Origin: Azolla caroliniana
Lineage: Eukaryota; Plantae; Polypodiophyta
Direction: 5' to 3'
NCBI GenBank assembly: GCA_043228905.1
Contig: JBHGNT010000093.1
Coordinates: 1 to 64,000 of the forward strand
DNA length: 64,000 nucleotides
Part shown: in pieces, positions 1 through 11,762 of the stretch
How positions within the stretch are numbered: position 1 is the stretch's first letter
Layout of the letters: each line of letters starts with the position of its first letter
Program-made: the position numbers and the translations under genes
The notes under the pieces: generated by a model
Told to the model about the DNA's origin: nothing
Database searches by the model: none
What the model saw: the letters and a program-made list of their open reading frames with translations, nothing else

Positions 1-3000
1 ACTCAAGGGCTCTTCCCAACTCACTCCTCAAATTTGCTAATTTCGTCATGTCTCTCGACCTGAGTTTCAAAATCTTGATTTTTTAATTCCATATCGTAGC
101 TAGCGTTGTTAGCTTCGATTTGCATGTTTGAACACAAAAATCCGATATCACACGAGGCAGGTATGAACATTTTAATTTACTCAAGGGCTCTTCTCAACCA
201 CTCCTCAAATTTGCTAATTTCGTCATGTCTCTCGACCTGAGTTTCAAAATCTTGATTTTTTAATTCCATATTATAGCTAGCGTTGTTAGCTTCGATTCGC
301 ATGTTTGAACACAAAAATCCGATATCACACGAGCCAGGTATGAACATTTTAATTTACTAAAGGGCTCCTCTCAACTCCCTCCTCAAGTTTGCTAATTTCG
401 TCATGTCTCTCGACCTGAGTCTCAAAATCTTGATTTTTTAATTCCATATCATAGCTAGCGTTGTTAGCTTCGATTCGCATGTTTGAACACAAGAATCCGA
501 TATCACAGGAGCCAGGTATGAACATTTTAATTTACTCAAGGGCTCCTCTCAACTCCCTCCTCATGTTTGCTAATATCGTCATGTCTCTCGACCTGAGTTT
601 CAAAATCTTGATTTTTTAATTCCATATCATAGCTAGCGTTGTTAGCTTCGATTCGCATGTTTGAACACAAAAATCCGATATCACACGAGCTAGGTATGAA
701 CATTTTAATTTACTCAAGGGCTCCTCTCAACTCCCTCATGTTTGCTAATTTCGCCATGTCTGTCGACCTGAGTTTCAAAATCTTGATTTTTTAATTCCAT
801 ATTATAGCTAGCGTTGTTAGCTTCGAATCGCATATTTGAACACAAAAATCCGATATCACACGAGGCAGGCATGAACATTTTAATTTACTCAAGGGCTCTT
901 CTCAACTCACTCCTCAAATTTGCTAATTTCGTCATGTCTCTCGACCTGAGTTTCAAAATCTTGATTTTTTAATTCCATATCGTAGCTAGCGTTGTTAGCT
1001 TCGATTTGCATGTTTGAACACAAAAATCCGATATCACACGAGGCAGGTATGAACATTTTAATTTACTCAAGGGCTCTTCCCACCTCACTCCTCAAATTTG
1101 CTAATTTCGTCATGTCTCTCGACCTGAGTTTCAAAATCTTGATTTTTTAATTCCATATCGTAGCTAGCGTTGTTAGCTTCGATTTGCATGTTTGAACACA
1201 AAAATCCGATATCACACGAGGCAGGTATGAACATTTTAATTTACTCAAGGGCTCTTCTCAACCACTCCTCAAATTTGCTAATTTCGTCATGTCTCTCGAC
1301 CTGAGTTTCAAAATCTTGATTTTTGAAGTCCATATCATAGCTAGCGTTGTTAGCTTCGATTCGCATGTTTGAACACAAAAATCGGATATCACACGAGCCA
1401 GGTATGAACATTTTCATTTACTCAAGGCTTCCTCTCAACTCCCTCCTCATGTTTGCTAATGTCGTCATGTCTCTCGACCTGAGTTTCAAAATCTTGATTT
1501 TTTAATTCCATATCATAGCTAGCGTTGTTAGCTTCGATTCGCATGTTTGAACACAAAAATCCGATATCACACGAGCCAGGTATGAACATTTTAATTTACT
1601 CAAGGGCTCCTCTCAACTCCCTCCTCATGTTTGCTAATATCGTCATGTCTCTCGACCTGAGTTTCAAAATCTTGATTTTTTAATTCCATATCGTAGCTAG
1701 CGTTGTTAGCTTCGATTCGCATGTTTGAACACAAAAATCCGATATCACACGAGCCAGGTATGAACATTTTAATTTACTCAAGGGCTCCTCTCAACTCCCT
1801 CCTCAAATTTGGTAATTTCATCATGTCTCTTGACCTGAGTTTCAAAATCTTGATTTTTTAATTCCATATCATAGCTAGCGTTTTTAGCTTCGAATCGCAT
1901 GTTTGAACACAAAAATCCGATATCACACGAGCCAGGTATGAACATTTTCATTTACTCACAGGCTCCTCTCAACTCACTACTCACATTTGTTAATTTCGTC
2001 ATGTCTCTCGACCTGAGTTTCAAAATCTTGATTTTTTAATTCCATATCATAGCTAGCGTTGTTAGCTTCGATTCGCATGTTTGAACACAAAAATCCGATA
2101 TCACACGAGCCAGGTATGAACATTTTAGTTTACTCAAGGGCTCCTCTCAACTCCCTCCTCAAATTTGGTAATTTCATCATGTCTCTTGACCTGAGTTTCA
2201 AAATCTTGATTTTTTAATTCCATATCATAGCTAGCGTTGTTAGCTTCCAATTGCATGTTTGAACACAAAAATCCGATATTACACGAGCCAGGTATGAACA
2301 TTTTAATTTACTCAAGGGCTCTTCCCAACTCACTCCTCAAATTTGCTAATTTCGTCATGTCTCTCGACCCGAGTTTCAAAATCTTGATTTTTTAATTCCA
2401 TATCGTAGCTAGCGTTGTTAGCTTCGATTTGCATGTTTGAACACAAAAATCCGATATCACACGAGCCAGGTATGAACATTTTCATTTACTCACAGGCTCC
2501 TCTCAACTCACTACTCACATTTGTTAATTATGTCATGTCTCTCGACCTGAGTTTCAAAATCTTGATTTTTTAATTCCATATCATAGCTAGCGTTGTTAGC
2601 TTCGATTCGCATGTTTGAACACAAAAATCCGATATCACACGAGCCAGGTATGAACATTTTAATTTACTCAAGGGCTCCTCTCAACTCCCTCCTCAAATTT
2701 GGTAATTTCATCATGTCTCTTGACCTGAGTTTCAAAATCTTGATTTTTTAATTCCATATTATAGCTAGCGTTGTTAGCTTCGATTCGCATGTTTGAACAC
2801 AAAAATCCGATATCACATGAGGCAGGTATGAACATTTTAATTTACTCAAGGGCTCCTCTCAACTCCCTCCTCAAATTTGGTAATTTCATCATGTCTCTTG
2901 ACCTGAGTTTCAAAATCTTGATTTTTTAATTCCATATCATAGCTAGCGTTGTTAGCTTCGAATCGCATGTTTGAACACAATAATCCGATATCACACGAGG

Positions 3001-6000
3001 CAGGTATGAACATTTTAATTTACTCAAGGGCTCTTCTCAACCACTCCTCAAATTTGCTAATTTCGTCATGTCTCTCGACCTGAGTTTCAAAATCTTGATT
3101 TTTTAATTCCATATCGTAGCTAGCGTTGTTAGCTTCGATTTGCATGTTTGAACACAAAAATCCGATATCACACGAGGCAGGTATGAACATTTTAATTTAC
3201 TCAAGGGCTCTTCTCAACCACTCCTCAAATTTGCTAATTTCGTCATGTCTCTCGACCTGAGTTTCAAAATCTTGATTTTTTAATTCCATATTATAGCTAG
3301 CGTTGTTAGCTTCGATTCGCATGTTTGAACACAAGAATCCGATATCACAGGAGCCAGGTATGAACATTTTAATTTACTCAAGGGCTCCTCTCAACTCCCT
3401 CCTCATGTTTGCTAATATCGTCATGTCTCTCGACCTGAGTTTCAAAATCTTGATTTTTTAATTCCATATCATAGCTAGCGTTGTTAGCTTCGATTCGCAT
3501 GTTTGAACACAAAAATCCGATATCACACGAGCTAGGTATGAACATTTTAATTTACTCAAGGGCTCCTCTCAACTCCCTCCTCATGTTTGCTAATTTCGCC
3601 ATGTCTGTCGACCTGAGTTTCAAAATCTTGATTTTTTAATTCCATATTATAGCTAGCGTTGTTAGCTTCGAATCGCATATTTGAACACAAAAATCCGATA
3701 TCACACGAGGCAGGCATGAACATTTTAATTTACTCAAGGGCTCTTCTCAACTCACTCCTCAAATTTGCTAATTTCGTCATGTCTCTCGACCTGAGTTTCA
3801 AAATCTTGATTTTTTAATTCCATATCGTAGCTAGCGTTGTTAGCTTCGATTTGCATGTTTGAACACAAAAATCCGATATCACACGAGGCAGGTATGAACA
3901 TTTTAATTTACTCAAGGGCTCTTCCCAACTCACTCCTCAAATTTGCTAATTTCGTCATGTCTCTCGACCTGAGTTTCAAAATCTTGATTTTTTAATTCCA
4001 TATCGTAGCTAGCGTTGTTAGCTTCGATTTGCATGTTTGAACACAAAAATCCGATATCACACGAGGCAGGTATGAACATTTTAATTTACTCAAGGGCTCT
4101 TCTCAACCACTCCTCAAATTTGCTAATTTCGTCATGTCTCTCGACCTGAGTTTCAAAATCTTGATTTTTTAAGTCCATATCATAGCTAGCGTTGTTAGCT
4201 TCGATTCGCATGTTTGAACACAAAAATCGGATATCACACGAGCCAGGTATGAACATTTTCATTTACTCAAGGCTTCCTCTCAACTCCCTCCTCATGTTTG
4301 CTAATGTCGTCATGTCTCTCGACCTGAGTTTCAAAATCTTGATTTTTTAATTCCATATCATAGCTAGCGTTGTTAGCTTCGATTCGCATGTTTGAACACA
4401 AAAATCCGATATCACACGAGCCAGGTATGAACATTTTAATTTACTCAAGGGCTCCTCTCAACTCCCTCCTCATGTTTCCTAATTTCGTCATGTCTCTCGA
4501 CCTGAGTTTCAAAATCTTGATTTTTTAATTCCATATCGTAGCTAGCGTTGTTAGCTTCGATTCGCATGTTTGAACACAAAAATCCGATATCACACGAGCC
4601 AGGTATGAACATTTTAATTTACTCAAGGGCTCCTCTCAACTCCCTCCTCAAATTTGGTAATTTCATCATGTCTCTTAACCTGAGTTTCAAAATCTTGATT
4701 TTTTAATTCCATATCATAGCTAGCGTTTTTAGCTTCGAATCGCATGTTTGAACACAAAAATCCGATATCACACGAGCCAGGTATGAACATTTTCATTTAC
4801 TCACAGGCTCCTCTCAACTCCCTCCTCATGTTTCCTAATTTCGTCATGTCTCTCGACCTGAGTTTCAAAATCTTGATTTTTTAATTCCATATCATAGCTA
4901 GCGTTGTTAGCTTCGAATCGCATGTTTGAACACAAAAATCCGATATCACACGAGGCAGGTATGAACATTTTAATTTACTCAAGGGTTCCTCTCAGCTCAC
5001 TACTCAAATTTGCTAATTTCGTCATGTCTCTCGACCTGAGTTTCAAAATCTTGATTTTTTAATTCCATATCATAGCTAGCGTTGTTAGGTTCGATTCGCT
5101 TGGTTGAACGCAAAAATCCGATATCACACGAGCCACGTATGAACATTTTAATTTACTCAAGGGCTCCTCTCAACTCCCTCCTCATGTTTGCTAATTTCGT
5201 CATGTCTCTCGACCTGAGTTTCAAAATCTTGATTTTTTAATTCCATATCATAGCTAGCGTTGTTAGCTTCGATTCGCATGTTTGAACACAAAAATCCGAT
5301 ATCACACGAGCCACGTATGAACATTTTAATTTACTCAAGGGCTCCTCTCAACTCCCTCCTCATGTTTGCTAATTTCGTCATGTCTCTCGACCTGAGTTTC
5401 AAAATCTTGATTTTTTAATTCTATATCATAGCTAGCGTTGTTAGCTTCGATTCGCATGTTTGAACACAAAAATCCGATATCACACGAGCCACGTATGAAC
5501 ATTTTAATTTACTCAAGGGCTCCTCTCAACTCCCTCCTCATGTTTGCTAATTTCGTCATGTCTCTCGACCTGAGTTTCAAAATCTTGATTTTTTAATTCC
5601 ATATCATAGCTAGCGTTGTTAGCTTCGATTCGCATGTTTGAACACAAAAATCCGATATCACACGAGCCAGGTATGAACATTTTAATTTACTCAAGGGCTC
5701 CTCTCAACTCCCTCCTCATGTTTCCTAATTTCGTCATGTCTCTCGACCTGAGTTTCAAAATCTTGATTTTTTAATTCCATATCGTAGCTAGCGTTGTTAG
5801 CTTCGATTCGCATGTTTGAACACAAAAATCCGATATCACACGAGCCAGGTATGAACATTTTAATTTACTCAAGGGCTCTTCTCAACTCACTCCTCAAATT
5901 TGCTAATTTCGTCATGTCTCTCGACCTGAGTTTCAAAATCTTGATTTTTTAATTCCATATTATAGCTAGCGTTGTTAGCTTCGAATCGCATGTTTGAACA

Positions 6001-9000
6001 CAAAAATCCGATATCACACGAGGCAGGTATGAACATTTTAATTTACTCAAGGGCTCTTCCCAACTCACTCCTCAAATTTGCTAATTTCGTCATGTCTCTC
6101 GACCTGAGTTTCAAAATCTTGATTTTTTAATTCCATATCGTAGCTAGCGTTGTTAGCTTCGATTTGCATGTTTGAACACAAAAATCCGATATCACACGAG
6201 GCAGGTATGAACATTTTAATTTACTCAAGGGCTCTTCTCAACCACTCCTCAAATTTGCTAATTTCGTCATGTCTCTCGACCTGAGTTTCAAAATCTTGAT
6301 TTTTTAATTCCATATTATAGCTAGCGTTGTTAGCTTCGATTCGCATGTTTGAACACAAAAATCCGATATCACACGAGCCAGGTATGAACATTTTAATTTA
6401 CTAAAGGGCTCCTCTCAACTCCCTCCTCAAGTTTGCTAATTTCGTCATGTCTCTCGACCTGAGTCTCAAAATCTTGATTTTTTAATTCCATATCATAGCT
6501 AGCGTTGTTAGCTTCGATTCGCATGTTTGAACACAAGAATCCGATATCACAGGAGCCAGGTATGAACATTTTAATTTACTCAAGGGCTCCTCTCAACTCC
6601 CTCCTCATGTTTGCTAATATCGTCATGTCTCTCGACCTGAGTTTCAAAATCTTGATTTTTTAATTCCATATCATAGCTAGCGTTGTTAGCTTCGATTCGC
6701 ATGTTTGAACACAAAAATCCGATATCACACGAGCTAGGTATGAACATTTTAATTTACTCAAGGGCTCCTCTCAACTCCCTCATGTTTGCTAATTTCGCCA
6801 TGTCTGTCGACCTGAGTTTCAAAATCTTGATTTTTTAATTCCATATTATAGCTAGCGTTGTTAGCTTCGAATCGCATATTTGAACACAAAAATCCGATAT
6901 CACACGAGGCAGGCATGAACATTTTAATTTACTCAAGGGCTCTTCTCAACTCACTCCTCAAATTTGCTAATTTCGTCATGTCTCTCGACCTGAGTTTCAA
7001 AATCTTGATTTTTTAATTCCATATCGTAGCTAGCGTTGTTAGCTTCGATTTGCATGTTTGAACACAAAAATCCGATATCACACGAGGCAGGTATGAACAT
7101 TTTAATTTACTCAAGGGCTCTTCCCACCTCACTCCTCAAATTTGCTAATTTCGTCATGTCTCTCGACCTGAGTTTCAAAATCTTGATTTTTTAATTCCAT
7201 ATCGTAGCTAGCGTTGTTAGCTTCGATTTGCATGTTTGAACACAAAAATCCGATATCACACGAGGCAGGTATGAACATTTTAATTTACTCAAGGGCTCTT
7301 CTCAACCACTCCTCAAATTTGCTAATTTCGTCATGTCTCTCGACCTGAGTTTCAAAATCTTGATTTTTGAAGTCCATATCATAGCTAGCGTTGTTAGCTT
7401 CGATTCGCATGTTTGAACACAAAAATCGGATATCACACGAGCCAGGTATGAACATTTTCATTTACTCAAGGCTTCCTCTCAACTCCCTCCTCATGTTTGC
7501 TAATGTCGTCATGTCTCTCGACCTGAGTTTCAAAATCTTGATTTTTTAATTCCATATCATAGCTAGCGTTGTTAGCTTCGATTCGCATGTTTGAACACAA
7601 AAATCCGATATCACACGAGCCAGGTATGAACATTTTAATTTACTCAAGGGCTCCTCTCAACTCCCTCCTCATGTTTGCTAATATCGTCATGTCTCTCGAC
7701 CTGAGTTTCAAAATCTTGATTTTTTAATTCCATATCGTAGCTAGCGTTGTTAGCTTCGATTCGCATGTTTGAACACAAAAATCCGATATCACACGAGCCA
7801 GGTATGAACATTTTAATTTACTCAAGGGCTCCTCTCAACTCCCTCCTCAAATTTGGTAATTTCATCATGTCTCTTGACCTGAGTTTCAAAATCTTGATTT
7901 TTTAATTCCATATCATAGCTAGCGTTTTTAGCTTCGAATCGCATGTTTGAACACAAAAATCCGATATCACACGAGCCAGGTATGAACATTTTCATTTACT
8001 CACAGGCTCCTCTCAACTCACTACTCACATTTGTTAATTTCGTCATGTCTCTCGACCTGAGTTTCAAAATCTTGATTTTTTAATTCCATATCATAGCTAG
8101 CGTTGTTAGCTTCGATTCGCATGTTTGAACACAAAAATCCGATATCACACGAGCCAGGTATGAACATTTTAGTTTACTCAAGGGCTCCTCTCAACTCCCT
8201 CCTCAAATTTGGTAATTTCATCATGTCTCTTGACCTGAGTTTCAAAATCTTGATTTTTTAATTCCATATCATAGCTAGCGTTGTTAGCTTCCAATTGCAT
8301 GTTTGAACACAAAAATCCGATATTACACGAGCCAGGTATGAACATTTTAATTTACTCAAGGGCTCTTCCCAACTCACTCCTCAAATTTGCTAATTTCGTC
8401 ATGTCTCTCGACCCGAGTTTCAAAATCTTGATTTTTTAATTCCATATCGTAGCTAGCGTTGTTAGCTTCGATTTGCATGTTTGAACACAAAAATCCGATA
8501 TCACACGAGCCAGGTATGAACATTTTCATTTACTCACAGGCTCCTCTCAACTCACTACTCACATTTGTTAATTATGTCATGTCTCTCGACCTGAGTTTCA
8601 AAATCTTGATTTTTTAATTCCATATCATAGCTAGCGTTGTTAGCTTCGATTCGCATGTTTGAACACAAAAATCCGATATCACACGAGCCAGGTATGAACA
8701 TTTTAATTTACTCAAGGGCTCCTCTCAACTCCCTCCTCAAATTTGGTAATTTCATCATGTCTCTTGACCTGAGTTTCAAAATCTTGATTTTTTAATTCCA
8801 TATTATAGCTAGCGTTGTTAGCTTCGATTCGCATGTTTGAACACAAAAATCCGATATCACATGAGGCAGGTATGAACATTTTAATTTACTCAAGGGCTCC
8901 TCTCAACTCCCTCCTCAAATTTGGTAATTTCATCATGTCTCTTGACCTGAGTTTCAAAATCTTGATTTTTTAATTCCATATCATAGCTAGCGTTGTTAGC

Positions 9001-11762
9001 TTCGAATCGCATGTTTGAACACAATAATCCGATATCACACGAGGCAGGTATGAACATTTTAATTTACTCAAGGGCTCTTCTCAACCACTCCTCAAATTTG
9101 CTAATTTCGTCATGTCTCTCGACCTGAGTCTCAAAATCTTGATTTTTTAATTCCATATCGTAGCTAGCGTTGTTAGCTTCGATTTGCATGTTTGAACACA
9201 AAAATCCGATATCACACGAGGCAGGTATGAACATTTTAATTTACTCAAGGGCTCTTCTCAACCACTCCTCAAATTTGCTAATTTCGTCATGTCTCTCGAC
9301 CTGAGTTTCAAAATCTTGATTTTTTAATTCCATATTATAGCTAGCGTTGTTAGCTTCGATTCGCATGTTTGAACACAAGAATCCGATATCACAGGAGCCA
9401 GGTATGAACATTTTAATTTACTCAAGGGCTCCTCTCAACTCCCTCCTCATGTTTGCTAATATCGTCATGTCTCTCGACCTGAGTTTCAAAATCTTGATTT
9501 TTTAATTCCATATCATAGCTAGCGTTGTTAGCTTCGATTCGCATGTTTGAACACAAAAATCCGATATCACACGAGCTAGGTATGAACATTTTAATTTACT
9601 CAAGGGCTCCTCTCAACTCCCTCCTCATGTTTGCTAATTTCGCCATGTCTGTCGACCTGAGTTTCAAAATCTTGATTTTTTAATTCCATATTATAGCTAG
9701 CGTTGTTAGCTTCGAATCGCATATTTGAACACAAAAATCCGATATCACACGAGGCAGGCATGAACATTTTAATTTACTCAAGGGCTCTTCTCAACTCACT
9801 CCTCAAATTTGCTAATTTCGTCATGTCTCTCGACCTGAGTTTCAAAATCTTGATTTTTTAATTCCATATCGTAGCTAGCGTTGTTAGCTTCGATTTGCAT
9901 GTTTGAACACAAAAATCCGATATCACACGAGGCAGGTATGAACATTTTAATTTACTCAAGGGCTCTTCCCAACTCACTCCTCAAATTTGCTAATTTCGTC
10001 ATGTCTCTCGACCTGAGTTTCAAAATCTTGATTTTTTAATTCCATATCGTAGCTAGCGTTGTTAGCTTCGATTTGCATGTTTGAACACAAAAATCCGATA
10101 TCACACGAGGCAGGTATGAACATTTTAATTTACTCAAGGGCTCTTCTCAACCACTCCTCAAATTTGCTAATTTCGTCATGTCTCTCGACCTGAGTTTCAA
10201 AATCTTGATTTTTTAAGTCCATATCATAGCTAGCGTTGTTAGCTTCGATTCGCATGTTTGAACACAAAAATCGGATATCACACGAGCCAGGTATGAACAT
10301 TTTCATTTACTCAAGGCTTCCTCTCAACTCCCTCCTCATGTTTGCTAATGTCGTCATGTCTCTCGACCTGAGTTTCAAAATCTTGATTTTTTAATTCCAT
10401 ATCATAGCTAGCGTTGTTAGCTTCGATTCGCATGTTTGAACACAAAAATCCGATATCACACGAGCCAGGTATGAACATTTTAATTTACTCAAGGGCTCCT
10501 CTCAACTCCCTCCTCATGTTTCCTAATTTCGTCATGTCTCTCGACCTGAGTTTCAAAATCTTGATTTTTTAATTCCATATCGTAGCTAGCGTTGTTAGCT
10601 TCGATTCGCATGTTTGAACACAAAAATCCGATATCACACGAGCCAGGTATGAACATTTTAATTTACTCAAGGGCTCCTCTCAACTCCCTCCTCAAATTTG
10701 GTAATTTCATCATGTCTCTTAACCTGAGTTTCAAAATCTTGATTTTTTAATTCCATATCATAGCTAGCGTTTTTAGCTTCGAATCGCATGTTTGAACACA
10801 AAAATCCGATATCACACGAGCCAGGTATGAACATTTTCATTTACTCACAGGCTCCTCTCAACTCCCTCCTCATGTTTCCTAATTTCGTCATGTCTCTCGA
10901 CCTGAGTTTCAAAATCTTGATTTTTTAATTCCATATCATAGCTAGCGTTGTTAGCTTCGAATCGCATGTTTGAACACAAATATCCGATATCACACGAGGC
11001 AGGTATGAACATTTTAATTTACTCAAGGGTTCCTCTCAGCTCACTACTCAAATTTGCTAATTTCGTCATGTCTCTCGACCTGAGTTTCAAAATCTTGATT
11101 TTTTAATTCCATATCATAGCTAGCGTTGTTAGGTTCGATTCGCTTGGTTGAACGCAAAAATCCGATATCACACGAGCCACGTATGAACATTTTAATTTAC
11201 TCAAGGGCTCCTCTCAACTCCCTCCTCATGTTTGCTAATTTCGTCATGTCTCTCGACCTGAGTTTCAAAATCTTGATTTTTTAATTCCATATCATAGCTA
11301 GCGTTGTTAGCTTCGATTCGCATGTTTGAACACAAAAATCCGATATCACACGAGCCACGTATGAACATTTTAATTTACTCAAGGGCTCCTCTCAACTCCC
11401 TCCTCATGTTTGCTAATTTCGTCATGTCTCTCGACCTGAGTTTCAAAATCTTGATTTTTTAATTCTATATCATAGCTAGCGTTGTTAGCTTCGATTCGCA
11501 TGTTTGAACACAAAAATCCGATATCACACGAGCCACGTATGAACATTTTAATTTACTCAAGGGCTCCTCTCAACTCCCTCCTCATGTTTGCTAATTTCGT
11601 CATGTCTCTCGACCTGAGTTTCAAAATCTTGATTTTTTAATTCCATATCATAGCTAGCGTTGTTAGCTTCGATTCGCATGTTTGAACACAAAAATCCGAT
11701 ATCACACGAGCCAGGTATGAACATTTTAATTTACTCAAGGGCTCCTCTCAACTCCCTCCTCA
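1..11762 (+). repeat. 34-monomer higher-order repeat, period 6044 bp, two near-identical copies (internal 16+18 substructure)
   Basis: Rare markers recur at +6044: 3-bp deletion CTCCCTCATG 731/6775, CACCTC 1081/7125, GAAGTC 1325/7369, CACATGA 2814/8858. 34x178 minus 3 minus five 1-bp deletions = 6044. The AAGAATCC..CAGG marker at 491/3333 (+2842) shows the 16-mer subunit. Confidence 0.95.

Noticed and set aside
1-178. tRNA or 5S rRNA tandem unit (GGTTCGATTC in some variants resembles a tRNA T-loop/B box)
   Set aside because: No cloverleaf or 5S similarity is evident. The motif arises from a single C>G change in a minority of monomers.
1-178. Regular 10-bp phased A/T tracts
   Set aside because: Tracts are present but spacing is irregular by eye, so the claim needs a periodicity calculation.
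5520-5539. Pyrimidine-rich CTCCTCTCAACTCCCTCCTC as G-quadruplex or H-DNA
   Set aside because: The minus strand has only one GGG run within the tract, the mirror symmetry is imperfect, and the tract is frequently mutated.
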